DNA of 64,000 bases from assembly GCF_018350175.1 (NCBI RefSeq), contig NC_058377.1:61070001-61134000 (forward strand). Reading direction: 5' to 3'. Within the stretch, counting starts at the first letter, position 1. Each line of letters opens with the position of its first letter. Below the pieces are notes generated by a model. That model was not told the origin of the DNA, made no database searches, and saw nothing but the letters and a program-made list of their open reading frames with translations. The position numbers were made by a program, and so were the translations under genes. Below are positions 1 through 12,410 of the stretch, piece by piece. The stretch is from Felis catus. Taxonomy: Eukaryota.

Positions 1-460
1 AATATTTAAATGTTCATGGCAACTTTATTCACAATACTACTGCCAAAGGGGAAACAATTCAAATAAACTTTCACTAACAGCAGACAAACACATCAGGGTA
101 TATTCATCCAATGAAATATTACTCAGCAATAAAAAAGAGAAGAATTACTGTACATACTACAACATAATAAATATTAAAAATGAACACTTTTCTGAGTGAA
201 ATAAGCTAAAAGGAAAAATCTATATACAGTTTGCTTCGATGTATTTAAAGTTCAGGAACAGGTGACACAACCCTACTGTGATAGAAATCAGAATCATGTT
301 TGTCTATCTTGGGAGACAAGACAAGAGAACTTCCTGGAGAAATAAAAATATGCATAATTAGATTTACATTTGCTACATAAGTACCTTCACTTGCCAAAAT
401 CCATGGAACTGTACACAAAAGATCTATACATGTTACTATATGTAAGTTACTCCTCAAAAA
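1..460 (+). mobile_element. Old L1 (L1MC/L1ME-type) 3' fragment
   Basis: Degenerate L1 ORF2-end/3'UTR motifs (aatgttcatggcaactttattcacaata; aaatattactcagcaataaaaa; ctgagtgaaataagc), ending in an A-rich tail at ~456-520. Confidence 0.6.
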
Positions 461-2199
461 GTAAAAACAAAACAAAAAACAACAAAAAAAACAAAATAAA
501 AATACTTCAGAAAAAAAAAGGTACTGAATAAGATGAAATATCTACACTTTTGAGCTAATAAAGGCAAAAACATTCCACCAGAGTTAGAACAAACCCTACT
601 ATTGGAAGTCAAGTCTGGGATGTGATTTACTACATCAGAATAAAAACTGAAAAAAACTATTAGGGATAATTTTTGGGGGCTCATACTTCCATGAAGGTGT
701 ATGAGCATAGTTTGCAAATCACACTATCAACCTCTGAACTCAAATGATCCAAGCACCTTTTGGTCACTGCCTCTCAGATATCCTGAAGCTCCAATGAGAA
801 GACAAATTTTTGCCTTGAAGCTCTCTTGGTAGAGACCATCACAAAATTTCTGGACAGGAGTTGATTTGTAGGTACAATGACGGTAAAATTTATAGGAGAG
901 AGGATAAAGTGAACAAGTGAGACAGGAAGTAGGAAAAAAAAAGAGATTTTAAAAAGAGAGTAAAAGGAAATAGGGAAATATCCCACTTAAGAGGGATCTT
1001 CAAACCTATAAAATGCAACACATAAAGTCAACTAAAACATTCACAGTAAGAAAAAAAAATCAGTCCAGAAAAAATAGAAATAACCAAACAAAATGAGAAA
1101 CAATTCAAATATTTATATCTCTCAACTTCAAAAACAAAAGATTAAAATTTTTAAATATATATTATAATAACTGAGTAAAAGGAAACAACCAACTAAAAAA
1201 TGGAGAATCATGTAAATTATTATAGTCATGTGATTATTATAGTCGAACTTTATAATTGTTGAATACAAATCAAATAAAAAAGTGAGAATCCTAAGAAATA
1301 ACTACAGAAAATTTCCAAACAATACTGAATAATTCACTAAAGATATAGTATAAAAGAGCAAAACAATGAGAGGTTGTTGAATAATATTTACATAATTGGA
1401 GCATAAATTAAGAATAAATAGTATTTATAGAATTTTTTAAAAAAGAAACTGGAAAATAGGATGAGGGAGCTATATTAAAAATATTATGAATGAGAACTTT
1501 CTAATTACAAAAATAATTATAAGTATTTACATCAATAGTTTATTTGATGTATAGTAATAGTATAATAGTATAATAGTAATAGTATGTAATAGTTACCAGT
1601 CTATTATATATAATATAATATGTAATTACAACCTATAATATAAAATTATATCACACAAATAAATTAAAGTTTCAATTGATCAAAGATAAAGAGAAAATAA
1701 AAGGACAAATAAACAAGAAAATTCAGACACCAAAAAAGGAAAGACAACCTGACTGGATATAAAGTTCTTAAAGACAACAAAAATAGCAGGAATTAAATAC
1801 TGTTTTTACTATTCTGGAGAAAAATAATTGCCAATTTCAAAACTGATTCTCGGCTAAATTATCACTTATGAAAGAGAAGAGAATACATAGTCAGAAATAA
1901 AAATAAGAAGAACAATTTTACCTCCCACATATTGAGACTGAAGGGATTCACTTAATTTTAACCATTTACTTCATATAAAATACAGTATACATACATAGCA
2001 CTTCTATGTTGTCTGTCAGTGGGGAAAACGATGGACTAATAATTAAATGACTGTAGAACAATTAGCTTCTCATTTAGAGAGAGGTACACATACACATACT
2101 CACACAGATACACACAGAGACAAACCTGAGAGAGAATTAGATCCATATTTCATCGAACAATTCTGCTTTATTAATAAATTAATGTCATGTGTTAATACC

Positions 2200-2430
2200 C
2201 ATATCTTACCTTGGGCTCCTTTGTGTTGGACAAGGGTTTAGGAGCCTTTAGTTAATCTGGACGTTGATCCCAGGAAGCACAGTAATGAAGTGGAATACTA
2301 CTATAGGAAAGACAAAAACTCCTATAAAATTGCTGTGCTGGTTACCATTGTGGGCAACAATATATTGTAGTAGAGTCTCTGAAGGACTAAACACACCTTA
2401 GAATTGCCCCCTAAAGGATGAGAAACTTAC
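2200..2430 (-). mobile_element. MaLR LTR fragment (MLT1J/K-like)
   Basis: gatcccaggaagcac...ggttaccattgtgggcaac...acacaccttagaattgccc resembles the MLT1 consensus as recalled. Confidence 0.45.
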
Positions 2431-2469
2431 ATTGCTTAAAAAATTGAAAATAGCCTATAAATGAAATAT

Positions 2470-2870
2470 GAGGATAATGGTAAATAAACTTGCTGTATAT
2501 ATATGATGTAGTGATAAACACTAGGAAAATATAAATATGAATATATCTCAAACCAAAAATATTGTGTGGAAAATGATGCTTCAGAAATGTACATTCATTA
2601 TGATTTCCTTTATACAATTTTCTCAAAAAAAAAAAAAAAACCACCAAGCTATATGTTTGTGAATGCATCTCTCACTTTTTCAAAAAAATGAAGGCTGCAT
2701 GTCAATCACTTACATCAAGTTTAGGATAGTGGTTACACCTAGAAAAGAAGAGAGGGTGATGGGTACAGAAATGATCTTAGTTTGCATGTAATTTTTAAGT
2801 TTTATGTTGGCTGGAAGATGTACAAGTTTTTATATATTATTCTATGTTTTCTCTGATTTTAAAATATTTG
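2470..2870 (+). mobile_element. Ancient L1ME-type 3' end
   Basis: tatgatttcctttataca...ttaggatagtggttacacct...tttatatattattctatg are typical L1ME 3'UTR motifs. Confidence 0.45.
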
Positions 2871-3254
2871 GCAGTGATATAATAAAATATCAATGATATC
2901 AGAAGGTTGTATATGATTAAATGGAGTATAAAAGTAAGATGTACTGACTGTTCTGATTACATTAAATGAGTAAAACATCATACGTGTAACATAGAGGTAA
3001 AGCAAATAATTATTGGGTGAATCTCTGAAACACCATTTTAGATATCAATACATTTGTCTATGTGAGAAGGGAAAAAGATGGTGCATTCATGATATTCTGA
3101 ATATAAAGCAGAGACAAAACCACACTGGTGTGATTTTAAAATTATAATGATACCAACTTCTGTTTAGTGACTTTATATTGTATTTATGCATGTTTTTACA
3201 TGCATTTGTTACATGGAGGTATAATACCCATAGTAACTGTAAGAGGTAGAAAGT

Positions 3255-3405
3255 AATAACATTCCCTTTACTGAATTGCTTAGGTAGGTTAAGCACACTT
3301 AGATCAGTTAAGTAGCCTCCCAAGACATAGAGTGAGGAATTCGTAGGGTTGGTATGGAATACAAACACTCTGACTCCACTATACTTAAATTTAACCACTT
3401 TACTG
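3255..3405 (-). mobile_element. MIR SINE fragment
   Basis: agttaagtagcctcccaagac...tctgactcca...ttaaccact matches the reverse MIR core. Confidence 0.5.
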
Positions 3406-3462
3406 TAATATCTTTGATACAGGCATTCCAGAAAAAAGTATGAAGTTTCTTCAAAAAAATAT

Positions 3463-3688
3463 GGGGCACATGGGTAACTCAGACAGTTGAGCTTCCGACT
3501 CCAGCTCAAGTCATGATCTCACAGCTCATGAGTTCAAACCCTGCGTAGGGCTCTGTGCTGACAGCTGAGAGCCTGAAGCCTGCTTTAGATTCTGTGTCTC
3601 CCTCTCTCTCTACCCCTCCCCAACTCGGGCTCTGTCCCACTGTCTCTCAAAAATAAATAAACATGAAAAAAATTAAAAATAAATAAAA
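3463..3688 (+). mobile_element. Can-SINE (SINEC)
   Basis: ggggcacatgggtaactcag head, (CT)n tract, aaaataaataaac and A tail. Confidence 0.9.
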
Positions 3689-3824
3689 ATATAGAACTAC
3701 TCTGATCCTGCAACTCCACTTCTTGGTAAATATCTGAAGGAAATGAAATCAGTAACTTGAAGAAATAAGTACACCCCTGTGTTCACTGGGTCACTAGTCA
3801 TGGTAGCCCAGATAAGGAAACAAC

Positions 3825-4005
3825 NNNNNNNNNNNNNNNNNNNNNNNNNNNNNNNNNNNNNNNNNNNNNNNNNNNNNNNNNNNNNNNNNNNNNNNNNNNN
3901 NNNNNNNNNNNNNNNNNNNNNNNNNNNNNNNNNNNNNNNNNNNNNNNNNNNNNNNNNNNNNNNNNNNNNNNNNNNNNNNNNNNNNNNNNNNNNNNNNNNN
4001 NNNNN
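3825..4005. other. Assembly gap (N run); other gaps at 26401-26550, 33807-33951, 44994-45236, 46526-46653 and 57914-58044
   Basis: Runs of N. Confidence 1.
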
Positions 4006-4349
4006 GATCTCATTTTTATATGGAATCTAAAAAAAGTCAAACTCATAGAACCAGAGAGTAGATTAGTGGCTAGGGAGTGGGGGGGAAGAGGGAGAAAATG
4101 ATAAAGGGTAAAATCTTTCAATTAGAAGATGACTAGGCGGTGGGATCTAATGTACAGCATGATGATTACAGTTAATAACATGGTATTGTATTCTTAAATG
4201 TGTTAGAGTAAATATTAAGTATTCTCACCACAAAAAAAAAGGTTAGTATGTGAGGTGATGGATGTATGAATTAACTTGATTGTGTAATCATTTCATAACA
4301 AATATATATTTATATATTAAATCATAACATGTACACCTTTAAAAATCAC

Positions 4350-4574
4350 GGGGCGCCTGGGTGGCGCAGTCGGTTAAGCCTCCGACTTCAGCCAGGTCAC
4401 GATCTCGCAGTCCGTGAGTTCGAGCCCCGCGTCAGGCTCTGGGCTGATGGCTCAGAGCCTGGAGCCTGCTTCCGATTCTGTGTCTCCCTCTCTCTCTGCC
4501 CCTCCCCCGTTCATGCTCTGTCTCTCTCTGTCCCAAAAATAAATAAACGTTGAAAAAAAAAATTAAAAAAAAAA
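4350..4574 (+). mobile_element. Very young felid Can-SINE (SINEC_Fc)
   Basis: ggggcgcctgggtggcgcagtcggttaag..cagccaggtcacgatctcgc..ccgtgagttcgagccccgcgtc; CpGs largely intact; aaaataaataaacgttgaaaa tail. Confidence 0.95.
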
Positions 4575-5268
4575 TTCTAAAGAAGAAAATCTTTGTGAAA
4601 TATTTATATCTCAGGTTGAGGTAAAAGACAATAAGTAAATCTGAGATTTAATTACTAGAAAAATAGTAATTATATTAAATGTGCATGAAATTAGTAGTGT
4701 ATTTGAAATATGAAAGATGTCAGACTGAGTTAAATATAAATACTTTGATATTTCTAAGTGGAGACAACATTAAATATCAAGATCTTAAAAGGCTGAAAGA
4801 AAAAGGAAGGACGTTTGTAAGTTGAGTTTGCTTATAAGTTTAAACTCTGTAAATTTCATAAAGTCAGGTAAAGTGGAATAGTTACCATTATATCCCCAAC
4901 ATCCTGCACTTATGAAAATATACACTCAGAAAACCATTATATTTGGAGAAGAAAGAAGCTCCATGAAACATCAACTAATCTAGTGGCAATGGATGCATTC
5001 AAAACTTGTGATATATGAATATCAATCAGATATTGAAATGAATAGAGAAAATGACATGACCTGCTAAATGAAATTTTAAGGGACAAAGAGTTTGCAGCAA
5101 TGGATATTGAGAAGTGGTCTGAAAAGCAGGTGGAAATGAAATGCATTTAAATACTTACTGAACAGAGCCAATATAGATACATATTTTAACATAATTTTTG
5201 TGAGAAGGAATTTCTCTAATTCAAGTTTCATGAAATTTCATATTGAACCACACATGCATTAGGTGTCA

Positions 5269-6219
5269 TTATTTTTCCTTTCCTTGTTTCTTTAATATTA
5301 TTTTCTTCACACGGTCATAAATCTGTTTGGTTCTGACTCCGTAGATGACAGGGTTGAGCATTGGTGGCACTACGACATAAAGATTGGCCAGGAGTATGTG
5401 GATATAGCGGGGGACGTTATGGCCAAAGCGATGTGTCATAAAGGAAAAGAGGGCTGGTGTATAGAAGGCAAGAATTACACAAACATGAGAACCACAAGTG
5501 CTGAGGGACTTGAGTCGGGCTTCACGGGAAGGAAGACGGAAAACGGCACGGAGTATCTGAACATAAGAAAGGGCAATGGCTATGATGTCAAATACTAGAT
5601 TACAAATTGCACATAAGCCATAAATAATATTGATCTTGATGCTGGCACAAGACAGACGAGCCAGACCCATGTGTTCACAGTAGGTATGGGGAATGACATG
5701 ATTCCCACAGAAGGGCAGTCGCAAAATAAGAAACACAAATGGAATCACAAAAATAAATGCCCTCACTAACACACCAACACCAATCACAGAGACAATCTTG
5801 TTGGTGAGGACGGTGCTGTATCGAAGCGGATCGCAGATGGCCACATAGCGGTCATAAGCCATTGCCAACAAGACTGCTGACTCCATAAGTGTGAAGCTGT
5901 GAATGAAAAACATCTGCATGAGGCAGGCTTCAAAGATGATCTCTCTGAGGTTGAACCAGAAGATCCCGAGCATCTTGGGGATGGTAGCTGTGGACAGACC
6001 CAAATCAATAGCAGCCAACATGGTCAGGAAGTAAAACATAGGCTGGTGTAGGCTGCTCTCAACCCAGATCACAAATAGGATAGTGAAGTTCCCTATGAGG
6101 GCAATCATGTACACAGCACAAAAAGGAAAGCCAATCCAGACATGCAATGTTTCCATCCCTGGAATCCCCAGCAACAAGAAGGAGACGAGGTGGAACTGGC
6201 TGTCATTGAGAAGGAACAT
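5269..6219 (-). CDS. OR52E2: Class I olfactory receptor, OR52E2-like (316 aa, intact)
   Basis: 7TM OR motifs [51 protein letters not shown]; N-glycosylation sequon NDS; [12 protein letters not shown] as recalled for human OR52E2; splice acceptor tctttag at 6290-6289 (- strand). Confidence 0.93.
   Translation of the reverse strand: MFLLNDSQFHLVSFLLLGIPGMETLHVWIGFPFCAVYMIALIGNFTILFVIWVESSLHQPMFYFLTMLAAIDLGLSTATIPKMLGIFWFNLREIIFEACLMQMFFIHSFTLMESAVLLAMAYDRYVAICDPLRYSTVLTNKIVSVIGVGVLVRAFIFVIPFVFLILRLPFCGNHVIPHTYCEHMGLARLSCASIKINIIYGLCAICNLVFDIIAIALSYVQILRAVFRLPSREARLKSLSTCGSHVCVILAFYTPALFSFMTHRFGHNVPRYIHILLANLYVVVPPMLNPVIYGVRTKQIYDRVKKIILKKQGKEK
5296..5598 (-). repeat. Inverted repeat arm B1 (303 bp, 2 mismatches to 38950-39252)
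   Basis: Base-by-base comparison of the reverse complement with 38950-39252. Confidence 0.95.
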
Positions 6220-9200
6220 TCTTTTTGGTAATGCCTAAGCCTTCAGAAATGTATGCTGACCCAGATAGTTCTCTGTATCACTAGAGACCTAAAGATAATG
6301 TAAGAACACTTAATTAGCTACTTTTTCTCATTATCACCATCATTGCCAAAAGAATCCCCCTTCAATTTTGACCAGTTTAGGATTTTGCTAGCTTCTAAAT
6401 ATAGTGACGGAAATTAATTCCAGTTGATTGACAACACTCCGGGATTAACACACAGGATGAACAATAATTACACAAAAAACACACAGGTGCATCGATTTTA
6501 TGCCAAAATATTAAAAATTACCTCAAATGGTTAAATTGGTTCATCTGTTAGTATTTAGTAATAATTTTTACAAAATATGATTGGGAATAATAGTGAAAAC
6601 AGTAATATCAGATACTAATTAGTGAGGTGCTATCCATTATTTACAAGGCTTTATGTCAGAATCTGTGCAAAAATCATCTCCAATATTTAAATAAAAATGC
6701 CTTTCAAGAAGAACATTAATTTTACTTATTTTACATAAAAGTTATCTAATGATCAAAGAGTTTAAAGTGGCTTGCCGGAAGTTTAAAATGTTTTCAGTGG
6801 AAGGTCTGGAAAATGAAGTTAGGGAGGAAAATAGCAAATGGAAATAAAGGAAAAGATGTGCTTCACCTATTTTTATATACACTACAACCACACATGCGCA
6901 CACAATACTCCACTCACATACAAATACATACAAATTATAAATCTTTTTTAAAACTCACGACATCTGTCTGTATAAAATTTGTTATTTTTTGTTTTTAGCT
7001 AAGGCAATTGTGACTTTAGGAGTTGGAGACACATGTCAAAATGTCAATAAGAAAACTAGTGAGAGGGGAAAAAAACAGGAATATTGGATAATTAGTGCTT
7101 GATAATTCAATCATTTTTTAAGTTCCCTAAATGTATTACACATCTTCATGTAGCTCGTTTATAGCATTTGACAGGGCAGTATTTCCAAAATATTTATTCA
7201 TTCATATGGGTAACTATTTTATAATAAAAAGTCTCTTTTCTGATTATTTGGAGATTCCATGGCAGCAATATTAATTGTGACCTCATCCTCAGCAAGAAAG
7301 CAGGACATGATGAAAACTCTGACATAAGGAGGAGGAAAAAAACAGAAAAAGTGTGATAAAGTATGGGATGAGCAGTTGAATATGGATGGTAAATGCGAAG
7401 AGCAAAGCCAGGAAACTGGCAGTTTCAACAGGAATAGAGGCTATTTCTGTAAAGTTACGTCGTAACAGTGAAATTGTGAATACTTTTAAAAGGTATGACA
7501 ATGGACAAAAGGAGTAAAAGTAGAATTCAGTCAGAGGCAAGTGTTTCTGTGAAGCCCAAGGGTGGAAATTAGCAAAAAAAAAAAAAAAGGCAGTTTTTCT
7601 TTTTTCCAGTATACACATATAGAACAGTTTCTCAGTTAATGGGGAATTTACTCGGGACATTAGTTGCAGATATGATTGCAAAGGGAAAAAATAAGCTCCC
7701 TCTGGTTTTTCTAAGAGAATAGTACTATATTTTGTGATTGCAAATAAGATAAGGGAAATTATGTCTCCCTGGTCATACAATTATATTCCACAATGATGCA
7801 GTATGAGATAATATGAGATAAGAAGTCAGAAAATGGTGTGAATAAACCAACTAGAAGACAAATATAGACAAAGAACACAGAAACCTGGAGTGGAAATAAG
7901 GAATACGGAGACAGGAATAAGATCTGATTTCTCACAATTAAATCTTTATGCTCCTGTGGACATTAAATAGTTTTTCTTAGGTGACTATTAAAGAAAAAAT
8001 TTTGCAAAACCCCAGGGGCAACGTGAATATATAAACATGGGAAAGAGTAGCAAAGATAGTCATACTTGTTGACGAGGTCTTTAGTATTTACAAAAGTTTA
8101 AGTGCGGCAAAGTTACAGTGAGATGGATGTGTTAAAGGAAGGGTTACTAGTAACTTTGATTCTTATCTTCCAAGCCAAGAATACCTACAATCATGTGCTT
8201 AAGCCATCTTGAATTTTTACCCCTTCCCAGAGATATGTTATGCATCTGATGTTACCATAGGAATACCCTGATATCTTCTTGACTCCCTTGTGTTTGAATT
8301 GATAAAAACATCAGTGTTATATCTAAGCTTCTCATGGACAAAAGTGTATTAACAATAATGGAAAGTTCCATCAAAAATTTTTGAAAAGCATCCTTCAAGA
8401 CATATTTAAGATCCATATACAAGGTGCTGATGACTTACTTGATCCTTTCTGTGCTCCTATAGGATCTAATACAGATTTGTATTACAGCATTATTACAAGC
8501 ATCACTCATGCTTACATTTCTGTATCTAATTTAAAATGTAAACTACTTACCAAACATGCAGAGTCTACTGTATCAAGGAAGTTAATATTTAAGTGATTAA
8601 TAATTAATAAATTGTTAATGGTAATAAATATTAGGGGTTAATAATAAATAATTCCTGGGTCAGACTAATTTGCTCTCTAATCTTCTTGTTAATAGTTTCA
8701 TGTTAATGTATGCATTACTCATTTGTTAAATAAATACTACAGAATGTGTTTTATGTGTCAGAAACTGTTCTGAGACATTTTAAAATTGAGATCTGTGCAA
8801 TCATGCATAATAAAAAATGTTATATATAATCTGATGCAATGTTTATAAACAAAGATATGCAAGAGAAACAAATTTCTATAAATAAATGCATGGAACTATC
8901 CTATCAATAGTGAAAGAAACTCTACACCAACATTTTGATCTAATCATACAATCTATTCTTAAAGTTAATACAGAGTAGAATTTCTCAAAATTATTATTCT
9001 GATTCATATGTACATACCACTTCTCAGTATCAAGGTCAAATGCTTCCCTATAAATGCCAACACTGCCTCACATCCTGACATCTGTAACTAAAATATAAAA
9101 CATTGTAACTGCATTATTGTAATCTGCAGAGAGATAAATGCTATAATACTAAACATTTCTGATGTTTTTCCATCTCTCTGGGTTGCATCTTCTCATTTTC

Positions 9201-9724
9201 CTTTAAAGACATTTTTCTGACCATTCATTAACTATTGGTGATCCTTAACCATCAGCTGTAGTTACTGCTCTTTCTCATCCACTTTAATCTGTATAAACAA
9301 TCCCATTCACATCCATTGCTTTGATAGCTATCTTTACAATGAAAAATCCTAAGTAAAAGTTGCTAACGCTCAGAATTTATCAAATTCAGGTTCTCAAAAC
9401 CAAATTCTTCTTGGCAATTACTTTCGCTCTTCTTTTGCCAAAATATTACAAATAAAATATTCCTAAAATTGAATCCCCAAACCTGTCTCTACCAGACTCC
9501 CACTTTAACTCAATCTTACTTTCACTCTTGTCTAATATCAGTAAATGTCATTACCATTTAACTATTTGACCAATTTAGAAATATGAGCATCATCCTCTTC
9601 CCTTCTCCACCTCTTAAAAAAAAAAAACTCTATTGATTCTATTTCTAAAAATATCCTGAAAATCAGTACAGTTGTCATCATCCTCACTGGAACAGTTCCA
9701 GCCATCATTTCTTGGGTTGATTAT

Positions 9725-9925
9725 GGCACAGTGCTTTCTAGTGCTGAAGAGCATGAGCTCTGTAGTGAGACTAATTGTGTTGAAACCAGCTTCATGACTT
9801 ATTCACTCTAGAGTTGAAGAAAAGTAAATAAAGTATTACTTATTAGCTGTGTGAGCCTTGCACAAGAGCTATAACATTGCTATACCTCAGTTTCTTCATC
9901 TAGGAAATAGAAATAAGTGTAAATA
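9725..9925 (+). mobile_element. MIR fragment
   Basis: aagagcatgagctctg...tacttattagctgtgtga...cctcagtttcttcatct. Confidence 0.6.
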
Positions 9926-10186
9926 AACCTTTCAAAATTAAACCCTTAATTTTAGAATAGATTATTCTTTTAAAACACTCCGAACCATGTTCCAAAGATA
10001 CTAGTTATCCATCATTTCATGGATATCAGGCAGAGTGATTTTTTCTAAAATGCACATTGAGTGTATTCAGGCTGAAATCCAAATGCTTTTACTAAAATTA
10101 TATGGCCCTTTCTGACCATGATCCTATTCATTCTTTAAGCTTCAAGCCTTATTCTTCTTCTTTGAAACTTATCTCCTGTCTCTTCT

Positions 10187-10357
10187 TTTCCTATCCCTCT
10201 CTTTCCCTTCAGCCATCACTGTGACATAAGGAGGCTCTGTGAGCTGGGAGATGGGGAAGACTCACCGGAATGAGCACCAGGAGAGAATCCTGTCTCTGTT
10301 TTATCTCAACCTGCTCAGTCTTTATGAGGGTGCTGCTCTTTGCCTGTGAGGAGCCTT
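10187..10357 (-). repeat. Inverted repeat arm A1 (171 bp, 100% identical to 35434-35604)
   Basis: Each 10-mer block checked against the reverse complement; no mismatch. Confidence 0.97.
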
Positions 10358-10645
10358 CAATAGAAAATCCCCAGGGCATCTGGGTGGTTCAGACAGTTAA
10401 GCGTCTGACTTCGGCTCAGGTCATGATCTCATGGTTTGTGGGTTCAAGCCCAGCGTCCGACCCTGTGCTGACAGCTTGGAGCCTGGAGCCTGCTTCAGAT
10501 TCTGTGTGTATCTCTCTCTCCGCTCCTCCTCCACTCATGCTCTGTCTCTCTCTCTCCAAAATAAATAAACATCAAAAAAAAAAAAATCCCCTAGTACCAG
10601 TTTTATAAAAAACACAAAGTCTCTGAGGAGTCTATTTTCTAATAT
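10260..10645 (-). promoter_or_regulatory. Putative promoter and non-coding exon 1 of the OR52E2-like gene (SINE-interrupted)
   Basis: On the - strand: O/E-like cctcagaga (~10620-10628), O/E-like ctagggga at the SINE target, CATAAA (10321-10326), donor CCG|GTGAGT (GT at 10265-10264); paralogous to 35360-35531. Confidence 0.6.
10373..10582 (+). mobile_element. Can-SINE with TSD aaaatcccc
   Basis: SINE head agggcatctgggtggttcag; TSD at 10364-10372 and 10583-10591. Confidence 0.92.
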
Positions 10646-11136
10646 AGTCCTGAGTCATGAATGGAAAGACATGACTTCTAAGGAAATGAAGGCAGGAAAA
10701 ACTAAGGTTTCTTGGTTACGTTGTGAGTCTCCATTAACCTTTTGGTAACTTGCTCTGTGTTAAAGCACACGATGTTTGATACAGATCATTCTCTCACCAT
10801 CCCAGATCATCACTATGGGGGACAGTATAATTTTGTGTTCAAGAACAGGGCTCTCAAGTCAGAACACTGCTGTTCTACTGGTAGCTCTTTACACTTAATT
10901 AGATAAGTGGCATTGGTCAGACAATTTCACCTCATAATTTTGTTTTCCATTTATTTTTAAGTTGTTCCCTCTGTTTTACCGCAGCAACCTATTTCTCAGT
11001 TCATAAGTGTAATCAGTTACTCTTTCAATTCTTTTTATTGACCTTCACCATTGTGATTAAATTTTGAGTTACACACAAAAGGCAAAATTAACATAAAATT
11101 TTGTAATGAAATTCTGTAAACACTGTAAATCAATAA

Positions 11137-11323
11137 TTCAAATTTTTTGAAACATTTATTCATTTTTGAGAGACAGAGTGCAAGCAGGGGAGGGGCAGAA
11201 AGAAAGGGAGCCACAGAATCGGAAGCAGGCACCAGGCTCTGAGCTGTCAGCAGAGAGCCGGACGCGGGGCTCGAACTCAAGCTGAAGTCGGATGCTTAAC
11301 TGACTGAGCCACCCAGGCACCCC
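11137..11323 (-). mobile_element. Can-SINE with an internal ~24-bp deletion
   Basis: TSD tgtaaatcaataa (11124-11136 and 11324-11336); ctcgaactca joins directly to agctgaagtcgg. Confidence 0.92.
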
Positions 11324-11516
11324 TGTAAATCAATAACTTTAAGCAGATGCTAATACTGTGTCTTGAATGTTTCAAGTCGATCTACTTATTCTATGAAAAA
11401 TAAAAACTTTATCGGTGCAGGTATGGTCCCACACAGTCCTTTTGCTTTGTTTCTTCCTCAGTAACTAACCAATAATATCACAAAAGTTAGACCTGTTGTG
11501 GCTTAGTTAATGCTTT

Positions 11517-12089
11517 TAGGGTCTTCATGGGTATGTAACCACTGCAGTACTCAGGACTCTGCCTTCAAAAGGGGGCCCTTTACTTGGGGTTTAATCTCTG
11601 TGGTATTTGGGATGTTACCCTGTATCAAATTTTTAAATAATTTTATCTTTGCATTTATTTTCTGTAATGGAAATCTGATACGAAAATGGGGCAGGTGCTG
11701 GGGCTGGGGAATGTAAGAGTCAGGAAGCCTGTATGAGTCAGGCTGACTCATACATTCTCATGGGCTATACCCCCCCCTCCCATATTCCCAGGATATTCCC
11801 TGCTTAGAGACTGAGGCTGCCTTTGGCGTGCTCCTGACCTCGATTCCTATCCACACCTGTAACCAGTGCTCCATTCACAGGACAGCGACATGTTTGCACT
11901 TACCCCATACTTTTTTCCTATACCCCAAAGAAAGCAAGGTAAAAGAGAACATGGAAAACACCATGACTGTTTAAAAAAGAGACCATGGTGGGGGGTGGGG
12001 GGGGGAGCTCTTTTTCTCCCTGCATATTGAATAAACGGCCAACCAACTTCACTTTGCACCGGGCTTCTCAGGTCATGCAACCTGCCCTG
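11517..12089 (+). mobile_element. MER45-family (hAT-Tip100) DNA transposon fossil
   Basis: 5' cttcatgggtatg..ttggggtttaat; 3' ttcactttgcaccggg...cctgccctg resemble MER45 termini as recalled. Confidence 0.55.
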
Positions 12090-12133
12090 GTTAAGACACT
12101 GGCTCAGACACAACACCTGAAAATTCAGGGCAA

Positions 12134-12410
12134 TATTATGGACTGAATGTTTGTGCCCTCCTCCTCCCCTCACCAAATTCATAAATGAACCTCCAACCCC
12201 CAATGTCATAGTATTTGAAGATGGGTCTTTGGAGGTAATTAGCGTTAGATTAGGTCCTGAGGGTGGGGCCCTTAGGATGGGATTAATGGCTTTATACAAA
12301 GAAAGAAAGGCCATGTGAGGAAATAGCAAGAAGGCAGACATCTACAAAGCCATGAAGGGAACTCTCACCAGGAACAAAATCAGCTGGCATTTTGATCTTG
12401 CACTTCCCAG
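12134..12410 (+). mobile_element. MLT1A-type MaLR LTR, 3' truncated
   Basis: tatggactgaatgtttgtg..gtatttgaagatggg..ccatgtgagga..ttgatcttgcacttccca. Confidence 0.75.

Larger units (their letters stand above)
3430..4340 (+). mobile_element. L1MA8/9-like 3' fragment, interrupted by a SINE and a gap
   Basis: atagaactac..gatcctgcaactccacttct; gtcaaactcatagaa; gatctaatgtacagcatg; tatgtgaggtgatggatg; catgtacacc. Confidence 0.7.

Noticed and set aside
4350-4430. tRNA genes
   Set aside because: The A/B-box tRNA-like heads belong to tRNA-derived Can-SINEs; no standalone tRNA was seen.
4329-4553. Family of similar short ORFs (also 10270, 11035, 24159, 43104, 44635, 45795)
   Set aside because: Chance translations of Can-SINE sequence.
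5398-5598. Near-identical antisense 66-aa ORFs (also 38950-39150) as a conserved hidden gene
   Set aside because: A by-product of the homogenised OR coding tract; no independent evidence of coding.
8832-8840. TGATGCAA ATF4/ATF5-C/EBP sites (also ~17328)
   Set aside because: About two hits are expected by chance for an 8-mer on both strands of 64 kb.
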